A stretch of 64,000 nucleotides of DNA from Mobula hypostoma (GCF_963921235.1 NC_086109.1:7814001-7878000); one strand, 5' to 3'; counted from the first letter of the stretch, positions 24,937-37,625 are shown. Made by a program: numbers and translations. The notes: generated by a model not told the origin, from the sequence alone.

Positions 24937-27900
24937 TGTCTGCTCCAAAGGAATATACTAATTGGAAGAAAAGACAGGAACCCAAAATATGAGTCTAACC
25001 TTATTTTACTTTAAGCGAGGTCCACACGTATCAGGACATATGCAATTCACGTATTTATACATGTAACCCACAATGAATTACTTAAATGAACAAGAATGCT
25101 AAATCAAACAAAATATTTACAATATGACTCCAATGCTACAGGAATATTAAATACACAAACTCCTCCCTGCTTAGCTATAAACTGCAACTCAATATAGAAT
25201 GTATTACAACTATATACAGATATCCACAGTAGAGTAAATTTTAAATTGTACCATTCAGGTTTACAGAGTTAACTGCTGTGTAAGATTTCTTGTTCTCGTG
25301 GGATAATGTCTTTCCTGACACTCTGCTTGTCAAGTGAGACTTCTGGCTGCGAAAATAACCCAAAATTCTGGGGCCTCCACCATGGTGGTTGAAAGTGTTG
25401 ATTCTGAGATGGCAGGAAGTGATTCTGATAGCTCTGCACACCTTTCTTCTCCTGCCTTCTTCTTCTTGTTTGTGCATCTTGATCTAGGGAAGGTGCACTT
25501 AGTTCACTGGGGTATTCTCTTATCAATCCTTCTATTGCTCCCTTTACCATCTGATCGCTCCTCTTGGTTTCTTCATCCTCAACATCATCCGATGAATCCT
25601 CTGCTTCTGTATCTCCATTGACTCTTTTTCTCTTGGTCTTCCATTCATCCAGCTGGGCTTTGGTCTTTGCACCTACTTTTATAAGCAGCTTTTTGTTTCT
25701 CACTTGAAGTTCCTGCAATTACCATAATGTACATAGAGCAGATTCCATTTCTTTATACTCCTTGGTGTATTCCTTGGTGTCCACATTTCCGAGGATCTCA
25801 CCTGGTCCCTGAACTCCTCCATCCTGATCAAAAGGGCGCAACAGTGCCTTTATTTCCTGCTGAGCATCAAGAAAGCTCACCTCTATCCCAGGATACTGAC
25901 GGACTTTTACTGCTGTACCATTGAGAGCATACTCACCAACTGCATCTCAGTGTGGTATGGCAATTGTCCCATATTGGGCCGCAAAGCACTCCAGCGTGTG
26001 GTGAAAACTGCCCAGCGGATTATCGGCACCCAGTTGCCCACCATTGAGAACATCTACCATAAACGCTACCTGGGCAGGGCGAAAAGCATTATCAAGGATG
26101 CATCTCACCCTAACCATGGACTTTTTACTCTCCTCCCATCCAGTAGGCGCTACAGGAGCCTCCGCTCCCGCACCAGCAGGCACAGGAAGAGCTTCTTCCC
26201 TGAGGCTGTGACCCTGCTGAACCTCACATCACAGCACTAAGCAGTATTGCATCCGTATTGTACTGTCTCAGTACTTTTATATTTGTGTGCTGTAGCGCTT
26301 TTTTTATTCACAGTTATTTTGTAAGTAACACTGTTCTTTGCATTTCTGGTCAGATGCTAAATGCATTTCATTGGCTTTGTATCTGTACTCGGCACAATGA
26401 CAATAAAGTTGAATCTAATCTAATCTAAAATACTCACAAAAGCCAAAAGCTTGCAACTTTCCTGACACTCCTTGAATTCTCTTCCAGCTTAAAACCAAGC
26501 CACATTTCATAAGTAACTGTCTGATTAACATATCAGAAGCTTTCTCAGATACATTACCTACAAAAACTGTTGTAGTCGGAATAAATGCTGGCCCTCCTGT
26601 TATTACTACCTACAAGCCCAATGTGGCTACTGATTGTTGTATTATTCTGTTATGAATGTCATTCCCACAGGAGCTAACTTTTCTAAATTTGTAGTTGGGC
26701 ACATGCAGGTTTCAGTTCAGTATCTTCAAAATGCCATTTTGTGTAATGACTGAAACAGCTGAGCTGGTGTCCAATTCCATTTTAATTAATTTTCCATTCA
26801 CTTCTGGTGTAAACCATATTGGTTATCTATTTTGGTTTTTACATTGTAAATCTTAAGGCAAATTTCAGGACCCAGCTCTTGTGATTATCAGATTTTTCAT
26901 CAACAGCATGCAGATTAGTGCTCTCTTTGAAACTGCAACTTGACCTATTAGTTTTATCTCTTCCCTGCGCAGACTAGTTATTTTTGTCTGCCCGACATGT
27001 TCTTTGTATGTGTCTTACTTTGTAGCATTTTCTGCAGGTTTCACCTTTAAATATGCATTGGTCTGGTATATGTGTACCCCTGACATGTAGATAACACAAT
27101 TTGTTCAGCCAGTCTGGTTTCTGTTTAGATAATGCAATTTTGTTCACATTCACTTTCATTCCTGACTGCAACTCAATTGTGTCTCTGTCTGCTGTTTTCA
27201 TTGATACAGCCATTTCAACTGCTCTTTTAAATGTAAATTGTGGTTCAGTTAGGAGCCTTTTCTGAATGCTTTCTTGTAAGATTCCATAAACTAAACAATC
27301 TCTCAGTGCACCATTAAGCCCATTACTGAACTGACAATCTTCAGACAATCTCTTCAATTCAGCCATGTAAGCTGAAATGGACAGCCTTTCCTTTTGATGC
27401 AGCTTATGAAAACTAAAGCATTCTGCAATCAACAATGGTTTTGGTTCTAAATTTTCCTGCATTACTTTCATGAATTCAGCAAAGCTCATTTCGGCTGTTT
27501 TGGTTGGAACAGTCAAACTCCTAACCAAAATGGTGTGCTTTCCAACCCAATGGTCTCAGCAAATCTGGTACTTGTTTCTCATTGGCTATTCAATTGACTT
27601 TAAAATATTTCTCAGTTAGCTCAGTATGCATATTCCTGTTATCTGGTATGTAATCAAATGCATCAATCTTTCCTACGTAGCCAAACATTGCAGCTCCTTT
27701 TTTATGATTACAGTATTATCACCTGGTACTCATTGTTTATGAACCCATGAATTCTTCAGTTTTCTGCCTTTTTTTTTTAAACTCGACCATGTCTCTCCCT
27801 TCAAAAGAAGCATGTGTTGCAATGTTTTGTTTTACTTGACCATTTCTTGCTGCCCATTTTTTTAACTCAAACATCTTGCTGCACTTCCCCAGACTGGTAG

Positions 27901-28159
27901 TCATCTCAGGTTTGCTTAAAACTTCCTCATCGCTGCTGTTTTGTAACTCCAAAACGTAGAACTAATTGAAAGGAAAAGATGGGAGTCCAAAATGTGAGTC
28001 TACCTTGGTACTTTACTTTAAATGAGATGTGCACTTGTCACATGGTAGTGTCATGACATACAGAATTCACATATTTTTACATTTAACTGTAATGAGTGAT
28101 TTAAACTGACAAGAATGCTTGATCAAACAAAAAATTTTAAATATCACTCGAATACGACA
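24937..28159 (-). mobile_element. Internally deleted Ty3/gypsy LTR element (K02A2.6/Mag-like gag) with both LTRs
   Basis: Diverged direct repeats at ~24937-25157 and ~27942-28159; degenerate PBS-like CAGCGATGAGG; PPT-like AAGCAGGGAGGAG; gag ORF 26974..27528 (EPKPLLIAECFSF...LKRLSEDCQF...LRDCLVYG...CRKCYKVRHIQRTC); integrase-tail-like RHYPTRTR near 25300. Confidence 0.8.
25835..26428 (+). mobile_element. Rex1-like LINE 3' portion inserted in the gypsy element
   Basis: WYGNC...LQRVVKTAQRIIG...DASHPNHGLFTLLPSSRRYRSLRSRTSRHRKSFFPEAV; tail CAATAAAGTTGAATCTAATCTAATCT. Confidence 0.9.
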
Positions 28160-28502
28160 GAAATGGCCAGGTGGACATGTTCATCACTTGGAGCAGGTGT
28201 AGATGTCCATCACATGTGTAGCTTCTTTGCTGAACAACATCTAACGTGAAAACTGCAGAGACCTGTTCCCCATTCTCTGAGCTTAACTGAATAAAATAGT
28301 AAACGAACAGGTGATTCAAAAGTATTTAACGCTCTTGCACAATTTATTTCAGCCTCAAAGCATCCCACTGAAATCAATCATGTAAATAACGTTCCAGAAC
28401 ACACAATCACTGAAGGTTTACAATAGCTTTGCACTAAATATTGTAATTAGAATCAATCATGCTTATACACCGATCTATCCCTTTGGCGGATGCAAATTTT
28501 AC

Positions 28503-29110
28503 TTGTTGTTGGCCATCCGTTTGAAATTGAGTCCTATTCCCATTCCGACGTGTCTGTCCACGCCCTCCTCTACAGCCATGAAGAAGCCACACTCATGTTA
28601 GGGAAGCAACATATCAAACTCCATCTGGGTAGCCTCCATCCTGAAGGCATGAACATTGATTTTTCTAACTTCTGATCATTTCTACCCTTTTCCCATTCCC
28701 CATTCTGGCTCCTCTCTCACTTCTTCTCCTTACCTACCCCTCACCCCACTCTGGTGCCCCTCCTCCTTCCCTTTCTCATATGGTCCACTTTCCTCTCCTA
28801 TCAGATTCCTTTTACTTCAGCCCTTGACCTCTTCCACCTACCACCTCCCAGCTTCTCACTTCATCCCCCTCCCCTTCCCACCTACCTTCCCCCTCACCTG
28901 GTCTCACCTATCACCTGCCAGCTTGTACCTCTTCCCCTCTTCCCACCTTACTCTGATTCCTTCCCCTATTCTTGTCTAGCCCTGATGAAGGGGCTCAGCC
29001 TGAAATGTCGACTGTTTATTCCTCTCCATAGATTCTGCCTGACCTGCTGAGTTCCTCCAGCATTTCGTGTGTGTTGCTCAAGATTTCAAGTATCTGCAAA
29101 ATCTATTGTG
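28503..29110 (+). mobile_element. Penelope-like element family A: end of GIY-YIG region, pyrimidine-rich UTR and hammerhead-bearing terminus
   Basis: SHSDVSVHALLYSHEEATLMLGKQHIKLHLGSLHPEGMNIDFSNF resembles the PLE EN C-terminus (LGxLxPxGxN); hammerhead motif at 28977-29014. Confidence 0.85.
28977..29014 (+). ncRNA. Minimal type I hammerhead ribozyme motif
   Basis: CTGATGA (28982-28988), AGGGGCTCAGCCT, GAAA (29002-29005), TGTC, GACTG. Confidence 0.7.
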
Positions 29111-30149
29111 GTCATATTTGTCATTGATACTTCCTGGGATACTGAGCTGGAGCACTGGAGAAACTACACCATCCATCACCCATATCCCACTTACATCAAC
29201 ACCCACTCACCCATTTCCTCCGTGCATGATAACCATCACTGAACCTGATTTCCTATACAAACATACAAGCTTGGAGCAAGATTAAGCCACTCGGCCCATC
29301 TAACCCACTCAGCCATTTAATAATATCACAGCTGCTCTGCTTGTAACATAACTCAACATTCCATGCATTCCCTTCAACCCTCTTGCTAATCAAGATTTAC
29401 CTTAGTCTTAAAAATAAGCAAAAACTTCACTAGGGTCTTTGAGGAGATTTCCCCAGAAGACTCGAGCAAATTTCTACAGATATAAGGTGGGAAGCATTCT
29501 AACTGGTTGCAACGCCGTCTGGTGTAGGACCAGAAAAAGCTGCAGAGGGTTGTAAACTCACCAGCTCCATCATGGGCATTAGCCTTCCCACCATCGAGGA
29601 GAAGTCACAAAGGTGGCATCCGTCGTTCAGTATCTTTACCATCCAGGACACGTAGGACTGAACTGTAATTGTCTGCACCCGTAAGGAATGTTTTGAGCTG
29701 TTGTTAGATCTAGCGGAAGAAATAGCAAGTTCAGTGGGTTGATTTCTGCGCCAATCTCATGCACTGCAGACGTGTGAGTCCTTCGCAGATGGTATCAGTA
29801 TCAAGGCAAAGTTTTCCGACGCACAATGGCCTCCTGCCAGTTTCAACACACACAGCTAGTTGGCACCGAGCTTGTTGCCAGCTCTACACTGAAAGACAAG
29901 AGGAGCAAGAAACCCCATATAAAGTAGCCTGAAGCATTATCAAGAAAATAAACACCTCTTATATTTCCATAGCACTTTTACCAACTCAGGGCATACAGGG
30001 AAACCTTCCAACCAGTGACGTACTTCTGAAAATATATTCACTGTTGTAATGAAAGGAATGTGAAAGACAATGTACTCAACATTCTACCCGACTGTTGAAC
30101 GGTCCTCTACTATAATAAAATAGGCTCTTGACTTCCCAATCCATTTCAT

Positions 30150-30665
30150 TATAAGTACCATTCCAAAAAAGACATGACAGTGCCTTTACTGTCTTAGAAG
30201 TTAGCGCAGATTTGGCATGACATCTAAAATGTTAACAAACTTTGATAGATGCACAGCGAAGGCTAGCCTGACCGGTTGCATCATGGGCCCAGAGTGGGAA
30301 CGTCAATGCCCAAGAATACAATGCCTACAAAAAGAGATGGATACAGCCTAGTCATTCACAGGAAAAGCCCTCCCCAGTGTTGGGCACGTCTTTAAGGAGC
30401 GCTGCCACAACAAAAAGCAGCATCCATCATCAAGAACCCCCACCACCCAGGACATGTTCTCTTCTCACTGCTACTGTCAGCAAGAAGGTACAGGAGCCTT
30501 AGGTCCCACACCACCAGGTTCAGGAACAGTTATTACACTTCAACCATCAAGCTCCTGAACAAGAAGGGATAACTTCACTCACCTCAAAACTGAATTGATT
30601 CCACAACCTATGCACTAACTTTCAAGGACTCCACAACTCTTGTTCTTGGTATTATTTATTTAATA
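30150..30665 (+). mobile_element. Rex1-like LINE 3' fragment (tail continues at 31755-31794 and 32468-32620)
   Basis: CATCATCAAGAACCCCCACCACCCAGG...AGGTACAGGAGCCT...TTCAGGAACAGTTATTAC; the tail ends GATAATAAATGTATTTTGAACTTTGAAC. Confidence 0.75.
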
Positions 30666-30669
30666 ATTC

Positions 30670-31752
30670 AGCATTTCTGTATAGTAAAAGGAATTACAGA
30701 GGCATGAGAGAGGAGTTGGCCAGAATTAATTGGAAAAGAACACTGGCAGGGTTGACAGCAGAGCAGCAATGGCTGGAATTTCTGGAAGCAATTAGGATGG
30801 CACAGGACACATACATCCCAAAGAGGAAGAAGTGCTCTAAAGGAAAGATAGACACTATCAGTATGATGGAAGTTCCAGGTGTCAGGGTCATGAAGAGGGT
30901 GAAGTTACCATAACTAGAGAGAAGGTTCTTGAGAAACTGAAAGGGCTGGAGGTAGATTAGTGACCTGGCCAAGATGATGTACACCACAGGGTTCTGAAAG
31001 AGGTGGCTGAAGAGATTGCAGAGGCATTACTAATGATCTTTCAACGATCACTAGACTCTGGGGTAATTCCGGAAGACTAGAAAATTGCAAATGTTACTTC
31101 ACTCTTCAGGTAGGGAGAGAGGCAGAAGAAAGAAAACTATAGGCCTCAGTGGTTGGGAAGATGTTGGAGTCAATTATTAAGTGTGAGGTCTTCGGGCATT
31201 TGGAGGCATGTGCTAAAATAGGCCATGGTTTCCTCAAGGGAAAATCTTGCCTGACCAACCTGTTGGAATTCTTTGAAGAAATAACAAGCAGGATAGACAA
31301 AGGAGAATTGGTTAATGTTGTGTACTTGGATTTTCGGAAGGCCTTTGACAAGGTGTCATACATGAGGCTGCTTAACAAGCCCATGGTATTACAGGGAATA
31401 TTCTAGCATGGATAAAGCTGTGGTTGATTGGCAGGAGGCAAAGAGTGGGAATAAAAGGAGACTTTTCTGGCTGGCTGCTGGTGACTAGAACGGAGAAGAG
31501 GAGGAATTTCTTCAGCCAGAGAGTGTTGAATTTGTGGAATTCTTTGCCACAGACAGCTGTAGAGGCCAAGTCTTTACTTATATTTAGGGCAGAGGTTGAT
31601 AGATTCTTGATTGGTCAGGGCATGAAGGGGTATGGTGGGAAGGCAGGAGATTGAGGCTGAGAAGGAAAATGGGTCAGCCATGTTGAATTGACGGAGCAGA
31701 CTTGATGGGCCAAATGGCCTAATTCTGCTTCTATATCTCATGGTCTTATGGT
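30670..31752 (+). mobile_element. CR1 LINE with multiple internal deletions
   Basis: MREELARINW; HGFLKGKSCLTNLLEFFEE...YLDFRKAFDKV; FFSQRVLNLWNSLP; (TGGTCTYA)n tail. Confidence 0.85.
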
Positions 31753-31794
31753 ATCATTGTTATTTTTTGCACAGTTTGTCTTCTTTTGCACATT

Positions 31795-32467
31795 AGATTA
31801 TGAGAACACTCAGTCCTCTTTTATTGTCATTTAGAAATGCATGCATGCAGTAAGAAATGATACAATGTTTCTCCAGAGTGATATCACAGAAAACAGGACA
31901 AACCAAAGACTAACACTGACAGAACCACATCATTATAACATATAGTTACAGCAGTGGAAAGCAATACCATAACTTGACGAAGAACAAACCATGGGCACGG
32001 TAACAAAATGTCTCAGTTTCCCCGAGTCGATTGACTCCCGAGTCCCTGATAGTAGGCGGCAAAAGGGAGAAACTCCCTGCCATAAACCTCCAGGCACCGT
32101 CAACTTGCCGATGCCTTGGAAGCATCCGACCACAGCCAACACTGAGTCCATCCATCCGAAAACTTTGAGCCTCCGATACAGCCTCCTGAGCGCCATCCTC
32201 TGCCGAGCGCCTTCGACCTCGCCCCGGTCACTGAAACACACAAAGCCAAAGATTTTGGGGCCTTCTGCTCCGGAGATTACGGTTACCACACAGTAGCAGT
32301 GGCAGCGAAGCGGGCATTTCAGAGGTTTTCCAGATGTTCCTCCGTACTCTCACGTCCGTCTCCATCAAATCAGAATTGTGCACAGTCCCCTACTTGACAG
32401 ATTACAGATATTATTCATTCACCAGAGAGGCCGCGCGCGCTGCGTCGTGCCACCATCTTCTCCTCCA
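31795..32467 (-). mobile_element. GGAGGAGAAGATGG-head retroposon, copy 3
   Basis: Minus-strand head GGAGGAGAAGATGGTGGC and tail ATAATCT; TSD ACATT (31790-31794 and 32468-32472). Confidence 0.9.
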
Positions 32468-32874
32468 ACATTGGTTGTTTTTCAGTCGTTGTGTGTAGTT
32501 TTTTGCTTCTATTGTATTTCTTTGTTCTCCTGTGAATGCCTACAAGAAAACAAATCACAGGCTAGTATATAGTGACATATATGTATTTTGATAATAAATG
32601 TATTTTGAACTTTGAACTTATTATGGACTTTGTACTCAACTGTCTTCTGGTTCTGCCCTTCCCTGAAACAGTAATGCGTTTATTCTGCATTCTGTTATTG
32701 TTTTCCATTGTACTGCCTCAATGCACCGTTGTGATGAAATTATCAGTATAGGTGGTAGGCAAAACAAAGCTTAGCACTGTTCCTCGATATATGTGACAAT
32801 AATAAACAAATTTACTAACTTAACAGAATCCCAGAGAGCTATGGCAACCACTAGATAACCTGTTTTAAAAATCC

Positions 32875-34612
32875 AGTGGCTGGCCTGTCCACACAGTGTG
32901 TCGGGAACCCTTCCTGGACACACCTAACAAACTTTGCCCATCTAAATCGTTTGCATTAAGGAGGCACCAATCAATATTAGGGATGATGAAGTCATCCATG
33001 ACAACAGACCTGTTACTTTTATAGCTTTCTAAATCTGCCCCACACCCCACTCCCGATCTGTTCCTCGGTGTCTCTGTTGTTATTAGGGGCTCTATAGAAT
33101 ACTCCCAATAGAGTGATTGGTCCTTTCCTGTTTCTGTCTTCCACCCACACAGACTCAATGGACAGACTCTCCGCGGCACCCTTCCTTTCTGCAGCTGTGA
33201 TACCATCCCTGATTAGCAATGCCACCCCCCCCACCTCTTTCACCTCCCTCACTGTCCCTTCTGAAACATATAAGTCCCCGAACATCCAGCAGCCATTCCT
33301 GACCTTGTGAGAGCCAAGACTCTGTAGTGGCCACAACAGCATAGCTCCATGTACTGATCCACGCTTTAAATTCATCACAAGGAACACGAGGAATTCTACA
33401 GATGCTGGAAATTCAAGCAACACACATCAAAGTTGCTGGTGAACGCAGCAGGCCAGGCAGCATCTCTAGGAAGAGGTACAGTCGACGTTTCATCACCCTT
33501 GATTCTGACCGTTCTTGTATTAAAATAGACACATCTATGACTGCATTTATGCCCTACCCACTGGCTGTCCTTCCTCACAGTCTCTCTGCAGGCTGCATCT
33601 ACTTTTACACCAACTGTTCATCCTCTGACATACCACTCTGATTCCCAGGCCCCTGTAAACATAGTTTAAGCCCTCGCCAACAGCTCTAGCCAACCTGCCC
33701 GCAAGGATATTGGTTCCCCTTGGGTTCATGGCATCTGCACAGGGCATACCTCCACCAGAAGAGACCCCAATGGTCCACAAATCTGAAACCCTGTCCCTGC
33801 ACCAATTCTTCAGCCACACAGTCATCTGCTAAATCATCCTATTCCTATCCTCACTGTCACAACCAGGGGTCGTTTTTTAAAAAGAAAAGATTTTTTTTCA
33901 GTTAGCATGTGGATTGTATTGCCTTAGAGTAACCTTGTGGTATGCTGTGTTCCTTGGACTGTTTACATTTTATGTCTAATTGTTTGTCTTTGGACTCGCT
34001 CTGGGTTTTTCACTTTGTGTTCAGGTGTCTCATATGGGATCACGGGGATTTTAAGCTCTCTTTGTATTTATCACTTTTATTCAGTTTGGGGTAATTTAAT
34101 TTGCATGGGGTTTTCAATATCTTGCATTACTATTGTTGTCTTTGGGGACTATTGCCTCAACTGGACACAGGGCTGTCTGGTTGGTCCTGAATTCTGACGT
34201 ACTCCAGGGTGTATTTTAGGAAGGCAGGCCAACTCCTCTTTGCTCAGTCGTCGTGGATTCTTGTCTGGTGAAACTCTGATCGAGTTCCTCTGAATGTTGT
34301 GAGTGAGTTCAGTTCTTCCAGATTCTGTATAGTTTGCCTGAGTTCTCGCCAGTTTCAAATCACAAGCAAGAGAAAATCTGCAGATGCTGGAAATCCGAGC
34401 AACACACGCAGAATGCTGGAGGAACTTGAGCTTCTCATTAGTTTTGCTGGTTAATGTCTGTAATAAATCTTTTGTTGTGCTTTAATTGCCGAAGCCTCTG
34501 GAATTCCTGCACTTGGAGCCTGACACTCACAGGCAGCAATCCAGAGGTTACCACCCTAGAGGTCCTGCTTCTCGGCTTCCTACCTCGCTCCCTGTATTCT
34601 CTTTTCAGGACC
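32875..34612 (-). mobile_element. CR1 LINE fragment (end of ORF1 esterase and ORF2 endonuclease), interrupted
   Basis: GGVALLIRDG...ESVWVE...LGVFYRAPN...VVMDDF; WLKNWCR...NPRGTNILAGRL. A further ORF1 piece lies at 34520-34612. Inserts at 33379-33488 and ~33865-34510. Confidence 0.75.
33379..33488 (-). mobile_element. Penelope-like family A mini-unit (young subfamily)
   Basis: The minus strand reads AAACGTCGACTGTACCTCTTCC...; flanked by TTCATCAC (33371-33378 and 33489-33496). Confidence 0.8.
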
Positions 34613-34614
34613 TC

Positions 34615-34808
34615 AGAGGGCAGCGGAGGCCAATTCTCTGGATGCTTTCAAGAAAGAGTTAGATAGAGCTCTTAATGATAGCAGAGTCAAGAGATATGGG
34701 GAGAAGGCAGGAACGGGGTACTGATTGTGGATGATCACAGTGAATGGCGGTGCTGGCTCGAAGGGCTGAATGGCCTACTCCTGCACTTATTGTCTATTGT
34801 CTATTGAC
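34615..34808 (+). mobile_element. CR1 3' tail
   Basis: GATATGGGGAGAAGGCAGG...GAATGGCCTACTCCTGCAC with a (TATTGTC)n tail. Confidence 0.75.
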
Positions 34809-35544
34809 CTCATCTCATTTCCTGCCTACGTACATCATAGACAACATAGAAGCTATTATTACCCCCAACCCATGGTTCATTTCAACCTCAATCAGTCTAG
34901 TGGCTGTACGAGTTAAATCCTCTCCTAGTTTCAACAATCTTCACCTGGTCCAGAGGCAGTCATGAACAGAAACCTGCATAACTTCTCTCTGCAGTAATAA
35001 CTTTACATCCTAATCTCTTACTGTGAGAGGAATCTCAGCTCTGAGATTGAACTGGCTGGATAGCTCGGATATTCATTGCTTCTTTAGACAGTTAAACTAT
35101 CTCGGAGACCTTGTTTATGTTTCAATGAGAAACACAATGGCAAGTTGGAGAACTACTTACTCTACAGAGAGCACTAGATCAAACCAGTAAGTACGAGAGA
35201 AGATTTTCTATGCCATTCATAGTTAAATCATGTGCATGTTTTTTTATAAAGGCATTTGCAGTTTTTCTAAAATGTCAAGGATGTCTTCAACCTGGCATTT
35301 GTTATGCTTAATTGCAGAGGATTTGAACTGCAATAAATATTTCAAACCATTGATTTATTCATTGGACCTTGTGTTCTACACAGTTACTTTGTGTATGAAC
35401 TTTGCCCAATCATGCAGCAGCATGATTTTATACGTTTCAAATCCACTGTTACTCATCATCCAGTAGTGAGTCCCAAGTTGTAAATTTTTAAAGCAATCAT
35501 GGCACCAGATCTTGCTGTCAAAATACAGTACCAGTAAAGAAAAT

Positions 35545-35990
35545 CCTACCGGTCTTGCCAGATGCACAGTGGAAAGTATTCTGACTGGTTTCGCTACAGT
35601 GCAGCAGTTCCAAGGCACAGGAACGCAAGAGGCTGCAGAGAGTAGAGGACGCAGTACCCGCCCACCCCTGACAGCATCCACAACAGGTGCTGCTTCAAGA
35701 AGATGCCACCTATCATGGAAGACCCCCACCGCCCAGCCCATGCCCTCTTTCCTCTGCTAATGTTGGGCAGGAGGTACAAAAGCCTGATGTCCCACACCAC
35801 CAGGCTCAGGAACAGTTATTCCCTAAGACCATAAGGTTCTTGAGTCGACCTGCACAACCCAAACTCCACCTCAGTAACAGAACACTGTGGACCACCTCTT
35901 GCACTACCACGGACTTGGCTCTGGTTCTTTGCACCATGTTCTTGACTTGTAAACTGCTTTTCTTCACCGCCTGGTATAATTTATGTATAC
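35545..35990 (+). mobile_element. Rex1-like LINE 3' fragment
   Basis: RCTVESILTG; GGAGGTACAAAAGCCTG...AGGAACAGTTATTTCCC. Confidence 0.65.
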
Positions 35991-35995
35991 CTGAC

Positions 35996-36560
35996 GTTCC
36001 TTAAGGCTGTCAAAGCCTGGAAAGGTAGTGGTGATAAACTCTCACTACCTATTAAATGCTCTCAATGGCGAGCGTCTCAAGTAGCTTCTGACCAGCTCCT
36101 GGCCTTCATGTAGCTGCTCAGCCCAGTGGAACCAGTTCTGCTGACAGGAGAAGGGGCAACGGCAGGTTACTGGTACCTTACAACCAATTGTTTCGGGCAG
36201 ATGAGGCTTGTCAGCTATGCTTAAGAGAAGGTAGGCTCTGATATCAGACCGCTGCTGTCTTGCAGCTACACCCACTCATTGGGGAAGGCTTCGGGAGTAA
36301 ACCCCGAGGAAAAGTCCCAAGCTGAAGTCCCTGAGACAGTCCTACGCTGAGTTCAACGCTGACTGGCAACTCCTGCAACACCCCTGGTGCCAAACTGTAT
36401 CGGTCTCTGCCGCTCCTTTGGATTCATCAGCTGTGTGGAGAGGGGGAGCTTGCTGCATGGGCAACAGCTTGCTCTCCGTATCGTACTGCACAGGCTCGTG
36501 TCTCACACATACAGCTGGGACGCAACATCCACAGTCAACTCTGAGCAACGGAAGGTCTGA
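35996..36560 (+). mobile_element. RTE-related non-autonomous element, copy 2
   Basis: Homologous to 5222-5783 on the opposite strand; both start GTTCCTTAA. Confidence 0.65.
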
Positions 36561-37014
36561 AATTGATGGTCTGCATGGTGCCTGCATCTAATCCCTTATA
36601 CCTGTACCTCAACACGCCTGTGCACATCATAGTGAGCTTGACTTGAAATTTGCCTGCCGTCTGTATGTAAACGGTAAGTCAAGTTCAAATGAGGTTAAAT
36701 GCAAATATCCAAAGGCATCTGTCCAAACTGTGGCGTTGATCACTTGTTTTGTAAAAATAGGATCTCACTGCTGGCTGACAGGTGAGTGGGCTGAATTGTT
36801 GCTTTGTTCAGTCAGTTCCAACGGTATTCACCACAAGTATGCGGAGCTGGTGGTTCAAAAAGATTAGGTCATATCTAATCTCGGGTCTGGATTACAGTTG
36901 AAGGTAAGGCTCTCTGGTAATGCAAGGAACAGCTGAATTTACATCAGAACATAAGGAATAAAGTACAAACACAAGAGATTTGGCAGCAATAAACACAAAA
37001 TGCAGGAGGAAGTT

Positions 37015-37625
37015 AGATCACCTGGTTCAGTGGAGTATCGTGTTCATTTCTGGTTGCCTCATTATGGGAAGTTTGTGGACACTTTAGAGAGGGTGCAGAG
37101 GAGATTTACCAGGATACTGCCTGCTTTAAAGAGTACACCTGATCAGGGTACAATAAGCAAGCTAGAGCTTTTCTTTTTGGAGCGAAGGAGCATGAGAGGG
37201 GTCTTGCTAGATCTGTACAAGATGGTAAGAGGCATAGATGGAGTGGACAGCCACAGACAGTTCCCAAGGCAGAAATGGCTACAAGAGCCTCAGGATTCGC
37301 ACCACCAGTCTCAAGAACAGTTACTACCCCTCAGCCATCAGGCTCTTGAGCAAAGCGGATAACTACATTCACTTGCCCTTCCACTGAGATGCTCCCACAA
37401 CCAACGATCTTACTTTAAGAACTCTTTACCTTATTATCCCATGTTCTTGTTAGTTATTGCTATTTATCTGCATTTGCACAGTTTGTTGTCTTCTGCACTC
37501 AAGTTTCATTGATCTTGTTAGAGTTACTATTCTATAGATTTGCGAGTATGCCCACAGGAAAATGAATCTCAGGGTTGTACATGGTGACATAGATGTACTT
37601 CGATAATAAATTTACTTTGAACTTT
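37015..37625 (+). mobile_element. CR1 3' fragment joined to a Rex1-like tail
   Basis: EYRVHFWLPHY...LERVQRRFTRILP...LERRSMRG, then GGCTACAAGAGCCTCAGG...GATAATAAATTTACTTTGAAC. Confidence 0.7.

Noticed and set aside
11818..24992. Long His/Thr-rich or Cys/Val-rich ORFs (e.g. 12138..12641, 20471..21199, 24237..24992)
   Set aside because: They are translations of (CA)n/(TG)n microsatellites, not genes.
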